A stretch of DNA of 58,735 nucleotides from Catajapyx aquilonaris (Eukaryota). This document shows, piece after piece, positions 48,416-58,735 of the stretch. Position numbers and translations under genes: made by a program. The stretch covers positions 1 to 58,735 of the forward strand of contig JYFJ02003457.1 in assembly GCA_000934665.2 (NCBI GenBank), written 5' to 3'. Positions within the stretch are counted from its first letter, which is position 1; every line of letters begins with the position of its first letter. The notes below the pieces were generated by a model. The model searched no databases. It was not told the origin of the DNA and saw only the letters and a list, made by a program, of their open reading frames with translations.

Positions 48416-49220
48416 CAGTCGAATCCCTCTATAACGAATCCGGATATAACGAAAATCCGCTTATAACGAAAGAAAATGTGTGACCGTCCGAGGCCCCATA
48501 TAACCGTATGTTTAAAATATCCACTTTTAACGAAAGGATTTTTGGTTTCGTTGCGGTTCGCATATAACGAAAAAATTTCGCTCCTCCAGTCCCACCTCTC
48601 GGCCAAAAAAGGGCGGAAGTTGGCAAATTGGGCCATAAATCACCATCTGTGTGTTCGGGATTCAACCTTTTTTCACACATTTCGGCCAAAAGTTGAATTT
48701 GGGGTCCTAATGGAAGGGAAAGGATTCTCTGGGAGGGGTGGGTGGGGTGGGGAGGGCTGTCGCGCAGTGACTCAGAGCTGCCCACTGGATTTATTGCTAG
48801 CACGTGGCCCCCCCCCCCAGGGAAGGAGGCAGGTGGTTGAAACCTGTGAAAATTCATCGGAAATTTGAGCAGTAAAACGAATCACATCTGGAAAGGAATT
48901 CCCTGACAAGGACTTGTCATATGCTGCCTAAATGGTGGGATGAGGGCGTGAGCGGAAAAGGAGAAGGGCCTGGCCTGCATCTGGTGCAGTCCTCTGGTGT
49001 TTGCTGTAACTTATTGTTGTCACGTTTGCGCCGTACTTTGTGAGATAATCTAATTTAGCGCGGAAGAATTTTTTAACTATTTTTCCCGCTACCAGGGCTT
49101 AATATAACACCTAAATATCGAAAAAAGTGAGGTTTAAATGCGTTTTTTTATATAGCGAAATTCGCATATAACGTAAGAAAATTTGGTTCCCTTCAATTTC
49201 GTTATAGAGGGATTCGACAC
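48416..49220. mobile_element. Tigger/pogo-like non-autonomous element
   Basis: TA-CAGTCGAATCCCTCTATAACGAA and near-matching reverse complement; subterminal TATAACGAA repeats. Confidence 0.8.
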
Positions 49221-49759
49221 TATTTTTAATAGTTATTTTCATTCGGGAGTAATTTACTTCGTCGTGAAATTTTAAGTGATGTCGTAACAAGCATCCGAAA
49301 ATGCGGAAGAAATTTGTGCTCCTGACCAATGAAGCCGATTCTTATGTTTAGCTATAACCTTTCGGCAAATAATAATTTTGTCAAAATATGACTGATTTGA
49401 GTACTACTAGCAGTTGGGAGAGCCCTAATTTTCAGTTTTTATTGTGCCTAGAGGGAATGGTCAACCGCAAATGCGACCCTTCTATTGTGTAGGGAGGGTG
49501 GGATTGAGTGTCTCCTCTTTTGGCCAGAGTTGGAACTCGAAGAAATAACAAATTATCTTTATCAACCCCCCCTAATTATTTTTTTGTTCATTTGCTACTT
49601 TGTGAACAATGTTTTGGAAAGTAAGTTATTGGAATTACGGCCAAAAATTAACACCAGAATTCATCTTGCCTCCACATGAGTGGATTGCCAAGTGAGGGGG
49701 GCTGTGGGGGGAGGGAAAGAGATGTTATTTAATATTAATACATTGTGTAACTCTTTCAG

Positions 49760-49948
49760 GTTGTGGGGGATGGCCATCGGCGATTGATCACACTGACTGC
49801 ACGATCACAAATCAAGCGCTTCACATGTGACCTTCTCAGAGTGCTTAAAGCACAGCCAACAAAACAGTTATTTTTATCTGAGCTCCCAGCTGCATTTGAG
49901 CGCATGTATGGGCATGATTTCAACATTGTGGATTATGGCGTTTGTGAG
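49760..49948 (+). CDS. MARF1: MARF1 exon, LOTUS 4
   Basis: Phase 0-0; QIKRFTCDLLRVLK..DYGVCE. Confidence 0.92.
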
Positions 49949-51797
49949 GTACAGTGATTTGAAATTACTATGTTTTAAAAACTGTTCTTCAATCATGCCA
50001 CATTGAGATTTATAAGCTTTGTAACAATTTTTTAATCAGCATGTTTGTAAATGCTGCAGAAAATTAACAAACCATGCAGTTTCAAGTATGACACATCCTC
50101 TTTTCCTATCTCTGTTGATGAACTCAATTAACCACTCATGTAAACTGCATATTGAATTAATGTCAATTTGAGGAAAATGTCCACAACAAGGGTGAAATGG
50201 CCTGCCTGTGACAAAATGCCCCTCTTATGGTATTATAAAGATTGGCCGCCAATGACCACTTCCAAAAAAATTATGGAAGACGCCTACTAGTTAGTAGAGC
50301 CCTTTGTGACATTTAAATAATAGCAAAAGGACTTTCAAGCTGGATTTTTTAACATTGAGAGAACATGTAGCGATAAACTGAGATATAAATTTTTATACAA
50401 CGTTATTGGATACAAATCTTATTGAAAATTATCATGTATCACTGCAAAATCAATTCTTAGCCCTCCACCTATGTACAAGATAAATACATGCTGCTTCACA
50501 GCACATTCACTGCAGGTATTCCATAAGTAGCTCATTTATGGGCAAGAGTGTGGCTTTTAAGGTAGTTCTTGCTCTTGGAAACGGAGGGCAGGGGGAGGGG
50601 TGTTGAGCCTATGTTTATACATGGGGCGAGGTGGCCAGTACCAACTTCTGCGATTGTAAGACATTTCTGCAAGTATTTCTCTGAAACAGAGTTTTGAGTA
50701 CGTGTTTCGCGTCGGATACGTTACGTGAACATTTATTTGGGGGATAATAATTCCCTCGTGCACTTTTGTCCCGGAGAAGAGCAGAAATATGGCTGTTCCA
50801 AATACCGGAAAAAGTGCGAGAAATGTGGCAACGTTGCACACGTTGGCAGCACTTGTCAACAACGTATCGATGTATCGATATTTCCCCCCAGCGATATATC
50901 GAGTACTCGATAGTTAGCCCAACTATCGATATTACAGTATATCGATATTTTAATAAACTTATTGTTGTTGTTGTTATTAAAATATATTATTAAAATTATT
51001 ATTATTGCCCCTTTTAACTCTTGCACATCCCTATATCGTAAAACGAGCCCTATATATTAATTTTATACTCTTAAAACGAGCTCAGCGCGATGCCTGGGAC
51101 TTTCAAAACGCGCGCCCCCTACTATATTGTTGTAGCTGCGTTGCCAAGTCATCGCTGGGAGCCGCGACTACCCCGCAGTTTTGAAGGGATTGTGGAAGAA
51201 CGGGCCTGGTGACGTATTGGTTTCTTGTGACAAAATAATTTGGTACGAATGTGGCTACACAGTGATTAGTTTTTTGTGATCGTGGCACCATTTTCACGGG
51301 ATCTACGGGGGGAAATATCGGTTCCTGGATGCCCCTCTCCATAAGCCGCCATGTATAAGACCTCAAGTTCAGAGATGAATATCTCCGAAAGTATTTAGTA
51401 GAAGTCCTTTATATTTTACAGGCTCATTAGTCACATAACAGGGAACAACTGGTGTAATTTTAAATTCTCTGCCACCATTTTGTCTTAGCGCAAGAACTAC
51501 CTTAAACCTCTTGCATACAACCATGTTTCTGCTACCGTTTGGTGCCATGTACAGTCGCGAGCATAAAGATGTGGATGCTAGACCAGAGCTCTTCCTCTGG
51601 TCTACTGTCGACATCTTTATGCTCACAACTGTACTTCCTGGAATTAAACTGTACAGACTAGCTAACAAGTGGTGAGGGAAGTATGCTTTAGCCTATTCTT
51701 TCTGCCAACTCGATATGGTGAAGGTTTATGTGGATGTGCAGTTAGTTCATTTTGTTTAAGTGTCATACATTTCTCAGTGACAATGGTTACATTGCAG

Positions 51798-52088
51798 TTG
51801 GGTGACATCCTGAGTGAAGTATCTGAAAACACAGTGGTGGTGACGAATACAGATGGTGACACTTCAATTGCCATTCCAAAGCGTGAGCAGACACCAGATG
51901 AGATGGAGCGAACAAATCAGTTTGCTGCAGAGCTTGTTGATCTTTTTCGTCATGCTCCTCACTATCAGATGGAGTTCAACAAGTTTGTGCCGGCATATCA
52001 TCATCATTTCAGCCGCCAATGCCGTGTCTCAGACTATGGTTTTACCAAGCTGGTGGAACTCCTGGAAGCTATTCCTAACATAGTGCAG
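51798..52088 (+). CDS. MARF1: MARF1 exon, end of LOTUS 4 and LOTUS 5
   Basis: Phase 0-0; IPKREQT..FNKFVPAYHHHFSRQCRVSDYG. Confidence 0.93.
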
Positions 52089-52126
52089 GTTAGAGCAGTT
52101 GTTTCCGTATAATACACTATAAGGTA

Positions 52127-52827
52127 TAATGTGCAGTCAATAAAAAATGAGCCGAATATATTTTGAGAAACCTATGGGACAGGAAATAATGACAATAAGT
52201 AGGGATAATTGCCAAACCTTAAAGAAAATTGTGCATGCACAGTTAGAGGGAGCAGTCATCGCATCCCATGATCAAAAGAGAAGCAACCCACTGTATGTGC
52301 CATCCAGTCAATAAAAAACAAGCTGAAGGCTATATCAGCATGATATTTTACCCTTTTTCAAAGTACTGCCTGTGAGGATTTAGACATTTATCCGAAGTAC
52401 ACACTCGGCATACAATGACCCCATGGGTTGTTCCTAGAACCACATCTGAACTCTCTCCATTTCGTCAGTCTGAAATAGGCATCCACACAGTTTTCTTCAG
52501 TTCACCAAAAACCTGAAAATCACAAGGTGACAGGTTGGTGGCCAATTGTAGTGGCGGGAGCAGGTAGCTGAGGATTTCTCACTTTAATTTTTGCTTGAGA
52601 TTTTTGATGGCATTTGCTGTATGACGGTGGCATTATCATGGCATTTTCACATGTAACTACTGCTTGGACAGTGAGTTCGGTGGGTTGCTTTCCTTTTCGT
52701 CATTGCTCCCTCGAGACATGCAATGTGCATCATTTTGAAGGTTATCCTTGCCCACCCTGCCAATAGGTGTTATTGCCTGCCCCACAGGTTTTCTGCTGTG
52801 GCTAGTTTTTTATTGCCTGCACCTTTT
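52127..52827. mobile_element. Degraded mariner-type element
   Basis: gtgcagtcaataaaaaa / ttttttattgcctgcac TIR; ends approximate. Confidence 0.6.
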
Positions 52828-52829
52828 AT

Positions 52830-54137
52830 AAAGGTCATTCTAATGATAAGACAATGTGGCAATTCTATGTGAGATTGCCCAAAAAAAGGCAAGATTCACG
52901 CCCTCTATTTTTTAATGAAAGTGAAAATTGGAGTATCAACTTACACCACAACAAGATAATATAATATACCGTATATCTTAGTACTGCTTGAGGTCCGTAG
53001 TTCACACGTTACATGCACCGTGAAAATGCCAAAAAACCCAATGCAAGTGTTTGGAACTTAATATATTTCTAAGTGTTAGTTAACACATTCTGAAGGTTTT
53101 TGAAGTTTTCCACTTGCAAATAATGCTCGGCCTTTTGACGCCACGTGTAAATAACACACATCATGTTCTCTAAGTGGGACAAGTAGAGGCTACAATTTTC
53201 AACTAGATTAAAAATTGGAGTGTGTTATGCATTGGGCGATCTCATGTGGAATTACCCAATAGGCACATGAGAAAGATATTGGAATGTACCTTAATAATAA
53301 TAATAATCACTGCAGCTGCTAAGGCAATTATCTGACTGGGACATCACACATTCGATGCTTTGAGCATAGAAGGCAATGGGTTGCTGGTAAATCCATTCCC
53401 GAGCAGCATCCTGCACCACTTTTTTTGAGTGAAATCTAGGACCCTGAAGATGATGCTTCACCTCCCCAAAATTGTGGAAGTCATGTGGCCAAATGCGGGA
53501 TGTATGCCAGATATAGGAATGTTTCCCACATGCATTTGGAAAAGTAATCCTGTATTTTCGCAGTGTGGGGGTGGGCATTATCATGAAGAATTATTACTCC
53601 CCTAGGACTTGATTGATGGTTGCAGAGATTGAGAGTTTCTGCATAATAGGCAGCATTTATGGTGTTCATGGGGGCGAGAAGCAGGGTCAACAATAGGCTC
53701 ATGTGGTCAAAAAAAATATGACCTTCCACGCACTTTATCATCAATCAAGTCCATGTGGCCTGGGCTGCTCATCACAGGAATCATTCTTCTTAGATAATGC
53801 CCTCCCCCATACTGCAAAAATCACCCAGGATTGCCATTCCCAATTCATGTGATAAAACACTCCACCATGCATGAAGCCCAGATTTGTCCCCTTGTGACAT
53901 CCCCATTTTTGGGGGAGCTGAAGAAACATCTGCAGGCTCACAGATTTCACTTGGACAAAGTGGTGCAGGATGCTCTTCAGGAATGGACGCACCAGCAACC
54001 CATCACTATTTATGCAAGAGGAATTGAACGTCTGATGTCATAGTGGGTTGCCTTAATAGCAACAGGAATTATTTTTAAGGTATATTTCAATATCTTGCTG
54101 ATGTGCCCTTCGGCTCATTTTCAGTTGAGTGGCCCCT
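52830..54137. mobile_element. mariner derivative formed of two inverted 3' halves
   Basis: Minus strand 53744-53291 and plus strand 53745-54080 both encode DNA.PHTAK...FGE.K.HLQ..RFH..KVVQDA..EW..QQPI..YA..IE; left terminus tentative. Confidence 0.8.
52857..53257. mobile_element. Unclassified TIR MITE
   Basis: aattctatgtgagattgccca / tgggcgatctcatgtggaatt. Confidence 0.6.
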
Positions 54138-54299
54138 ACAACAGTGGTAAGTGTATGTAAGGAGTGGGTGGTTCCTTTTAAACTATCACAATCCATAGTT
54201 TGGGAAGCACTGGACTAAGCACTTGTTAAAATTTTTGTTTCATTAGCTCAGATCTCTTCTTTGAAAGGAAACGAGACTGAATTTGCCAACTTCTTTCAG

Positions 54300-54734
54300 A
54301 TAATTCAGCTTCCCGAAGGTGAACGAATCCTGCGCCTCACCATGAAAGAGCAGTTGAAAGTCCTTGGTGAACAAATAGTAGTCATGATTAAGAGCAACCG
54401 TCACCAATCAATCCTGCTGAACAACTTGTTCGATTGTTTTTGCTACCATTATGGGTTTAACATGCGGCCTGAGAATTTTGGAGCAGACAGTGTGGAGGAC
54501 CTTGTGGGAATGCTGAAGGACTCAGTAGAAATCGTGGATGCACCTGCTGGACGAATGGTCATGGCTGTCGATCGAGGGTTTTTGGATCGTTTGGGGCTGC
54601 AGCTCAAGCAAGTACTGTTTGAGGTCCCCAGTGGGCGCATGAGAATGGAGGATCTGTGCAGTGCCTATTACAGGAAGTGGGGAGAAAGTCTGGATTTGCA
54701 AAGCATCCAGAATGATTTGAGTCAACTGATTCAG
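54300..54734 (+). CDS. MARF1: MARF1 exon, LOTUS 6 and 7
   Basis: Phase 0-0, 435 nt; YHYGFNMRPENFG, SAYYRKWG. Confidence 0.88.
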
Positions 54735-54961
54735 GTAAGATGCATTTTATTGTTTACACCATGAATGGAATGAAAGTGACATGTGTTTTATTAATCTAGC
54801 AAATGAAGTCAGCACTAATATGTGGCCATTTAAAGTTATCAATGTTAAAAGATTTCTCAGGTTCAGATCTAATAGGTAACTGTATTTGACTGCATATAAC
54901 TCACTTTTTTCCCCTGGAAAAATTGCTCAAAACAATCGCCCTGGGTCTTGTATACGAAAAT

Positions 54962-55321
54962 CAAAGATATCTGCTATATATTACTCTAGATACATAACTT
55001 GCTATCCCTTTCCATACAAGCAAAGTGATGCCAATCACGCCCAAAGTAAATGTGGCGTCATCGTTACTTTGGGCGGGGCAGCAGAAGCGGCCATAGGGGC
55101 GGCCCCTGTGCTGATGGGCCAGACCGCAGTGGGACGTTTCCAGGGGCACAGGGCATCCCTTGAAGATGCCCAAGTACGTACAGGCCACCGCGGCTGATCG
55201 ATCCAAGTCGCCCAAAGCCAACATCTTGGCTTTGGGCGACTGGCACAATCCCGTATCACAAACTGGCATCACTTTTTCTTAGGAGTTATGTATCTAGAGT
55301 TATATATAGCAGATATCTTGG
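54962..55321. mobile_element. P-element-like MITE
   Basis: ~40-bp TIR starting CAAAGATATCTGCTATATA; 8-bp TSD ACGAAAAT/GCGAAAAT. Confidence 0.75.
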
Positions 55322-55595
55322 GCGAAAATACACTCAGAACATTTTTTCCTGAATAAGATCTACTGAAATGGGTGTGTCTCTTGTATGCAGTCAAATATGG
55401 TACTGAGTTTCACTTTTTCACCTAATATTATTAGGAACAACAATAGAAATTGATATGAACTGAAACCAATTCTACAACACATCCTTTGGCATCACTGTGT
55501 GAAAACTGTTCCTATTTATCATCAAATTGTTTAGGCATGTAAATGAATCTGAAATGAATTACATTCATTCATTTATGATAAACTTAATGTTACAG

Positions 55596-55863
55596 GTTGG
55601 GATGTTGGGTGGTGTCAAATATGTCCACCTCCTCCCAATTCATCTTGTGGCACGCAATATACTTACCTTGGTTCAAGAGTCTGGTGGTCGTGTGTCTCTG
55701 CAGGCATTTGAGACTAGGTACCTGGAGCGATTTGGCGAGCCCTGTCGCCCAGCTCAGCATTCTTGCCTGTCCGTTGTTGCCTTGCTCCAAACAATGCCTG
55801 ACCTGGTTACTCTTAAGGGCAAGGGCCACCGACGCATGATTGTTGTCAACCGTGACTTTGCGG
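55596..55863 (+). CDS. MARF1: MARF1 exon, LOTUS 8
   Basis: Phase 0-1; ARNILTLV..FETRYLERFG..KGKGHRR. Confidence 0.9.
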
Positions 55864-57197
55864 GTGAGTTTGTGCCATACCACTGAGGCTGTCATATGGA
55901 TATCGCATGGCTTTTGGTTCCCATATGGTTTTTATGCTGGCCAGAATCATACATTGTTCTAAACCATTTCGTAGTAGACATTTGGTTGTGGATTTTTTTT
56001 TCTCAAGTTCTTAATATTGAGCAAATTAAGGGGTACTATTCAGAAGAATGCATACAGTGTGAATGATGTATCCATATTTTATAAAATTCCCCTCGATGAG
56101 CTATTAATAAAATGCTGCCTGTTCATGGTGTGGATTTTTTTGTTAATGTGAAATTTGGTCAAATGATGGAATTTTAACAGTTTTGGTCACTGTCTTCCCC
56201 ATGATATTGATTACTGGCACAATAACAACTTTGTAAGATATTGTTGATGCTGATAATAAAATTGAATTTTTTACCTGTTAGTTGCCTACAGTTAAAAGGT
56301 TTGAGCACCTGTTGCATCATAGGCAGTTCAGCTTATAAATGTTGAGAAAGGATCACAATACAAATATGGTGAAGAGATAAGTGAATCTGGCTCATTTGGT
56401 TTTAATTCAACTTGTTTCGACTAGGGAACTTCTGTAATGCTCCTGCTCCACCTTTATGTAAAGATCAGACTTTTTGTTAGGATATTTTCCTCTAAGTCAG
56501 ATTTTACATGTTGTGAAATTGTTCAGAGTAAGGTTGGTACTTGAAGATAAATTCAGGACAAAGGCAGTGCATGTTTGGGATAATACAAAAGTGCATTACA
56601 AAGCAATAAAGAAGTGCAACAGGCTGGTGATAAAATGAGTTATTTACAAATGTAAGAACATATTTCCAAGGAAGGCAGTGACGTTGGAAGTTACATTTAA
56701 GTTTCTGGCAGTTCGAAATACTTGTGCATTGGCAATGGATTAGGTGAAATGACCTTGGATTATACTGTCATTGCAGAGGAGGGGAAAATATGCAAATCTT
56801 GAGGTACGTCTACAGGCAGCAGCGCAATTTTGAATGACACGTATAAACCTTTTCAAGATCTGACACTTGCTGCTTCCCTTTCAAGTAGCTGTTATAATAC
56901 CACATCTTCCAAACGTCATGTGGTTGTAAAATATTTAGAAAATTTCTCCATAAATCAACACAGCCACAAGGTGGTGCAGATCTCTACCTACCACTTGACA
57001 CACACACACCATATTGATCGAAGAACTTTTTGCACCATGGTGTCAGATTTTGCAAGCCTAACGAACACACTTGCTACCAATCTTGTTTTTTGTCTCTACC
57101 TAGGTTCTTGCTTGGCAAAAAATTCTTAGAGGTGGCAAAACATGCGAGTCACTAATTCCAAGATCTCGAGACCATAGTGTGTATGCTCGAAGATGTA

Positions 57198-57359
57198 CAG
57201 TACTGGCCAATAATCGAGGCAACGACTAGCGACATTTTCCCGAAGCAGCAGAAGAAGGAATCGAAGATAAGCATGCTACAAGCCGGGCGAGCAAGATTCC
57301 TTCTTCTGCCGCTTCGGGAAAATGCCGCTAGTCGTTGCCTCGATTATTGGCCAGTACTG
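57198..57359. mobile_element. MITE family C-related copy
   Basis: Perfect TIR CAGTACTGGCCAATAATCGAGGCAACGACTAGCG, TA on both sides. Confidence 0.85.
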
Positions 57360-57931
57360 TACCACTGGTATTTGTTAAAGATTTCGAGTAATGCCCATGC
57401 AAGGACTGCCATGGACAATCCAGCACTATCATGCATTCTGTAACAATCCAAGTGGAGTACCATTGTGCACCCTCGAGAATGGACCATGGGTCAGATCATG
57501 ATGAGAGATGAAGTGACACGAGTAATATAGGCACAGACTTAGAAAATCTGTTCCCATGGTTTGAAAAATGCTACAATTGGCATGGATTTTGTGTAAAGTC
57601 ATACATAAAGATCTGTGCCACCGTGTGGCTATGGTGAATTTGAGGACTTTTTAAAAAAGGTTTACCACCAAATGGTAATTTTTAGACTTGGTGATGTGTT
57701 TATGCCAGGGTGTCTCTTCAAAGGTGAAGCATCAAATATGTCCAGCTAGGAATAAAATACTCTTTTTAATAGCTGTTACACAGAAGGGCAGATATGCTTC
57801 AGATGCCGTCACAATTATGTAGGCAAGGTTCCATCACGCTTCTCACTATGACCAAATCAAGTCCTCATTTCATGACCATATCGTGGGCTGAGAATCATCT
57901 TCGGTTAACTCCACTTTTTAATTTTTTTCAG

Positions 57932-58009
57932 GAGAGTCATTTACATATTCAGAACTGAATAATTCTGTCACTTGTGGACTTGAACGAAACTGTTTCCAAC
58001 TTTCAGAAG
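57932..58009 (+). CDS. MARF1: Possible MARF1 C-terminal exon
   Basis: Strong acceptor, 78 nt, phase 1-1, weak donor GTTTAT. Confidence 0.4.
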
Positions 58010-58296
58010 GTTTATGATGCCATTATTACAACCTACGTTGGGTGGATATGAACGAACATAACACATCCAATGTCAATCCGCTGTTGGCTCGATTGCATTG
58101 AAAAATGGAGATAACCGAAGATGATTCTGAGCCCGCGATATCTTGAGGGTCATTCACTTTTTGGTCAGCCAGTACTTCTAATTGCAGATATATGAATGGC
58201 CTTTTGATTCATCATGCACCTGTTTTAAAATATTTCTTCTATTATCAGATGGCAGATGGTGTTAGGTGAAATTATATTGGTTGCAATACATTTCAG

Positions 58297-58422
58297 GTGT
58301 GAGTTATCCCTCCCCCGATATGTGCACTTCTCATTCATCTGAAATTGAAAAAGTGCAGGAAGACATTGTGGTTCCAAAAACCGATGGAAAGAAGTTTGAG
58401 TTGCCTTCTGGTCTCTCACAAG
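58297..58422 (+). CDS. MARF1: MARF1 C-terminal region exon
   Basis: 126 nt, phase 1-1, tttcag/GTGAGC; gene continues past the window. Confidence 0.65.
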
Positions 58423-58735
58423 GTGAGCATAATTTGGCAGTTTTGCAAACTGACATGTGACTGATGAATAACACTTATGATCCCACAGCTGTTACTAAAA
58501 GCTTCAGTGTCATGGCAGTTGGGGCTCACAGCCATCCTGTGGTAAGTTGCATTAGCTTTACAAAGGGTGTGATAAAGGATGTACCCTACAAGTTTTGATC
58601 TTGGCTTAGCTATTATAATGCAGCTTGCATTAACTCAGCACTAACAAGGGAACGGTACTTGCTGTAAGTTGAGTTGCCCTATGACACTTGGCATAGGGCA
58701 AGAAACCACATGGTTGATGCGAAAAGTGAAGTCTG

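Larger units (their letters stand above)
22442..58422 (+). other. MARF1: MARF1 (meiosis regulator and mRNA stability factor 1 / Limkain-b1) orthologue, multi-exon, partial
   Basis: NYN motifs [22 protein letters not shown]; two RRMs; tandem LOTUS repeats with [17 protein letters not shown]; phase-consistent exon chain. Confidence 0.95.

Overview
Eukaryotic, intron-rich genomic DNA, probably from an invertebrate or insect (inferred from the repeat types; the species is not identified). It holds two + strand host genes in tandem. (1) The 3' part of a C2H2 zinc-finger gene. I reconstructed five exons (3129-10423); three are missed by the ORF track, and one ORF-track call reads through a 70-nt intron. 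A probable ~4 kb 3'UTR ends near AATAAA at 14470. (2) A MARF1/Limkain-b1 orthologue with at least 18 coding exons from 22442 to beyond 58422, encoding NYN RNase - RRM - RRM - about 8 LOTUS/OST-HTH domains. Its 5' coding start is unresolved and its 3' end lies outside the window. The introns are packed with non-autonomous transposons: several TA-flanked Tc1/mariner and pogo MITE families, piggyBac-, PIF/Harbinger-, hAT-, P-, Transib- and Ginger-like elements, a Helitron, and at least three tRNA-derived SINE families. Many are nested 3-4 deep, with TSDs I could verify by eye. The most notable patterns are: fold-back elements built from two copies of a transposon's 3' end including transposase C-terminal coding remnants; a Transib-like element with perfect CACAGTG termini; a MITE resembling mammalian MER2; and SINEs with swappable heads and tails. 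I found no intact transposase, true tRNA/rRNA gene, CRISPR array or demonstrably new enzymatic system. Two N gaps (1145, 17409) show local assembly uncertainty.
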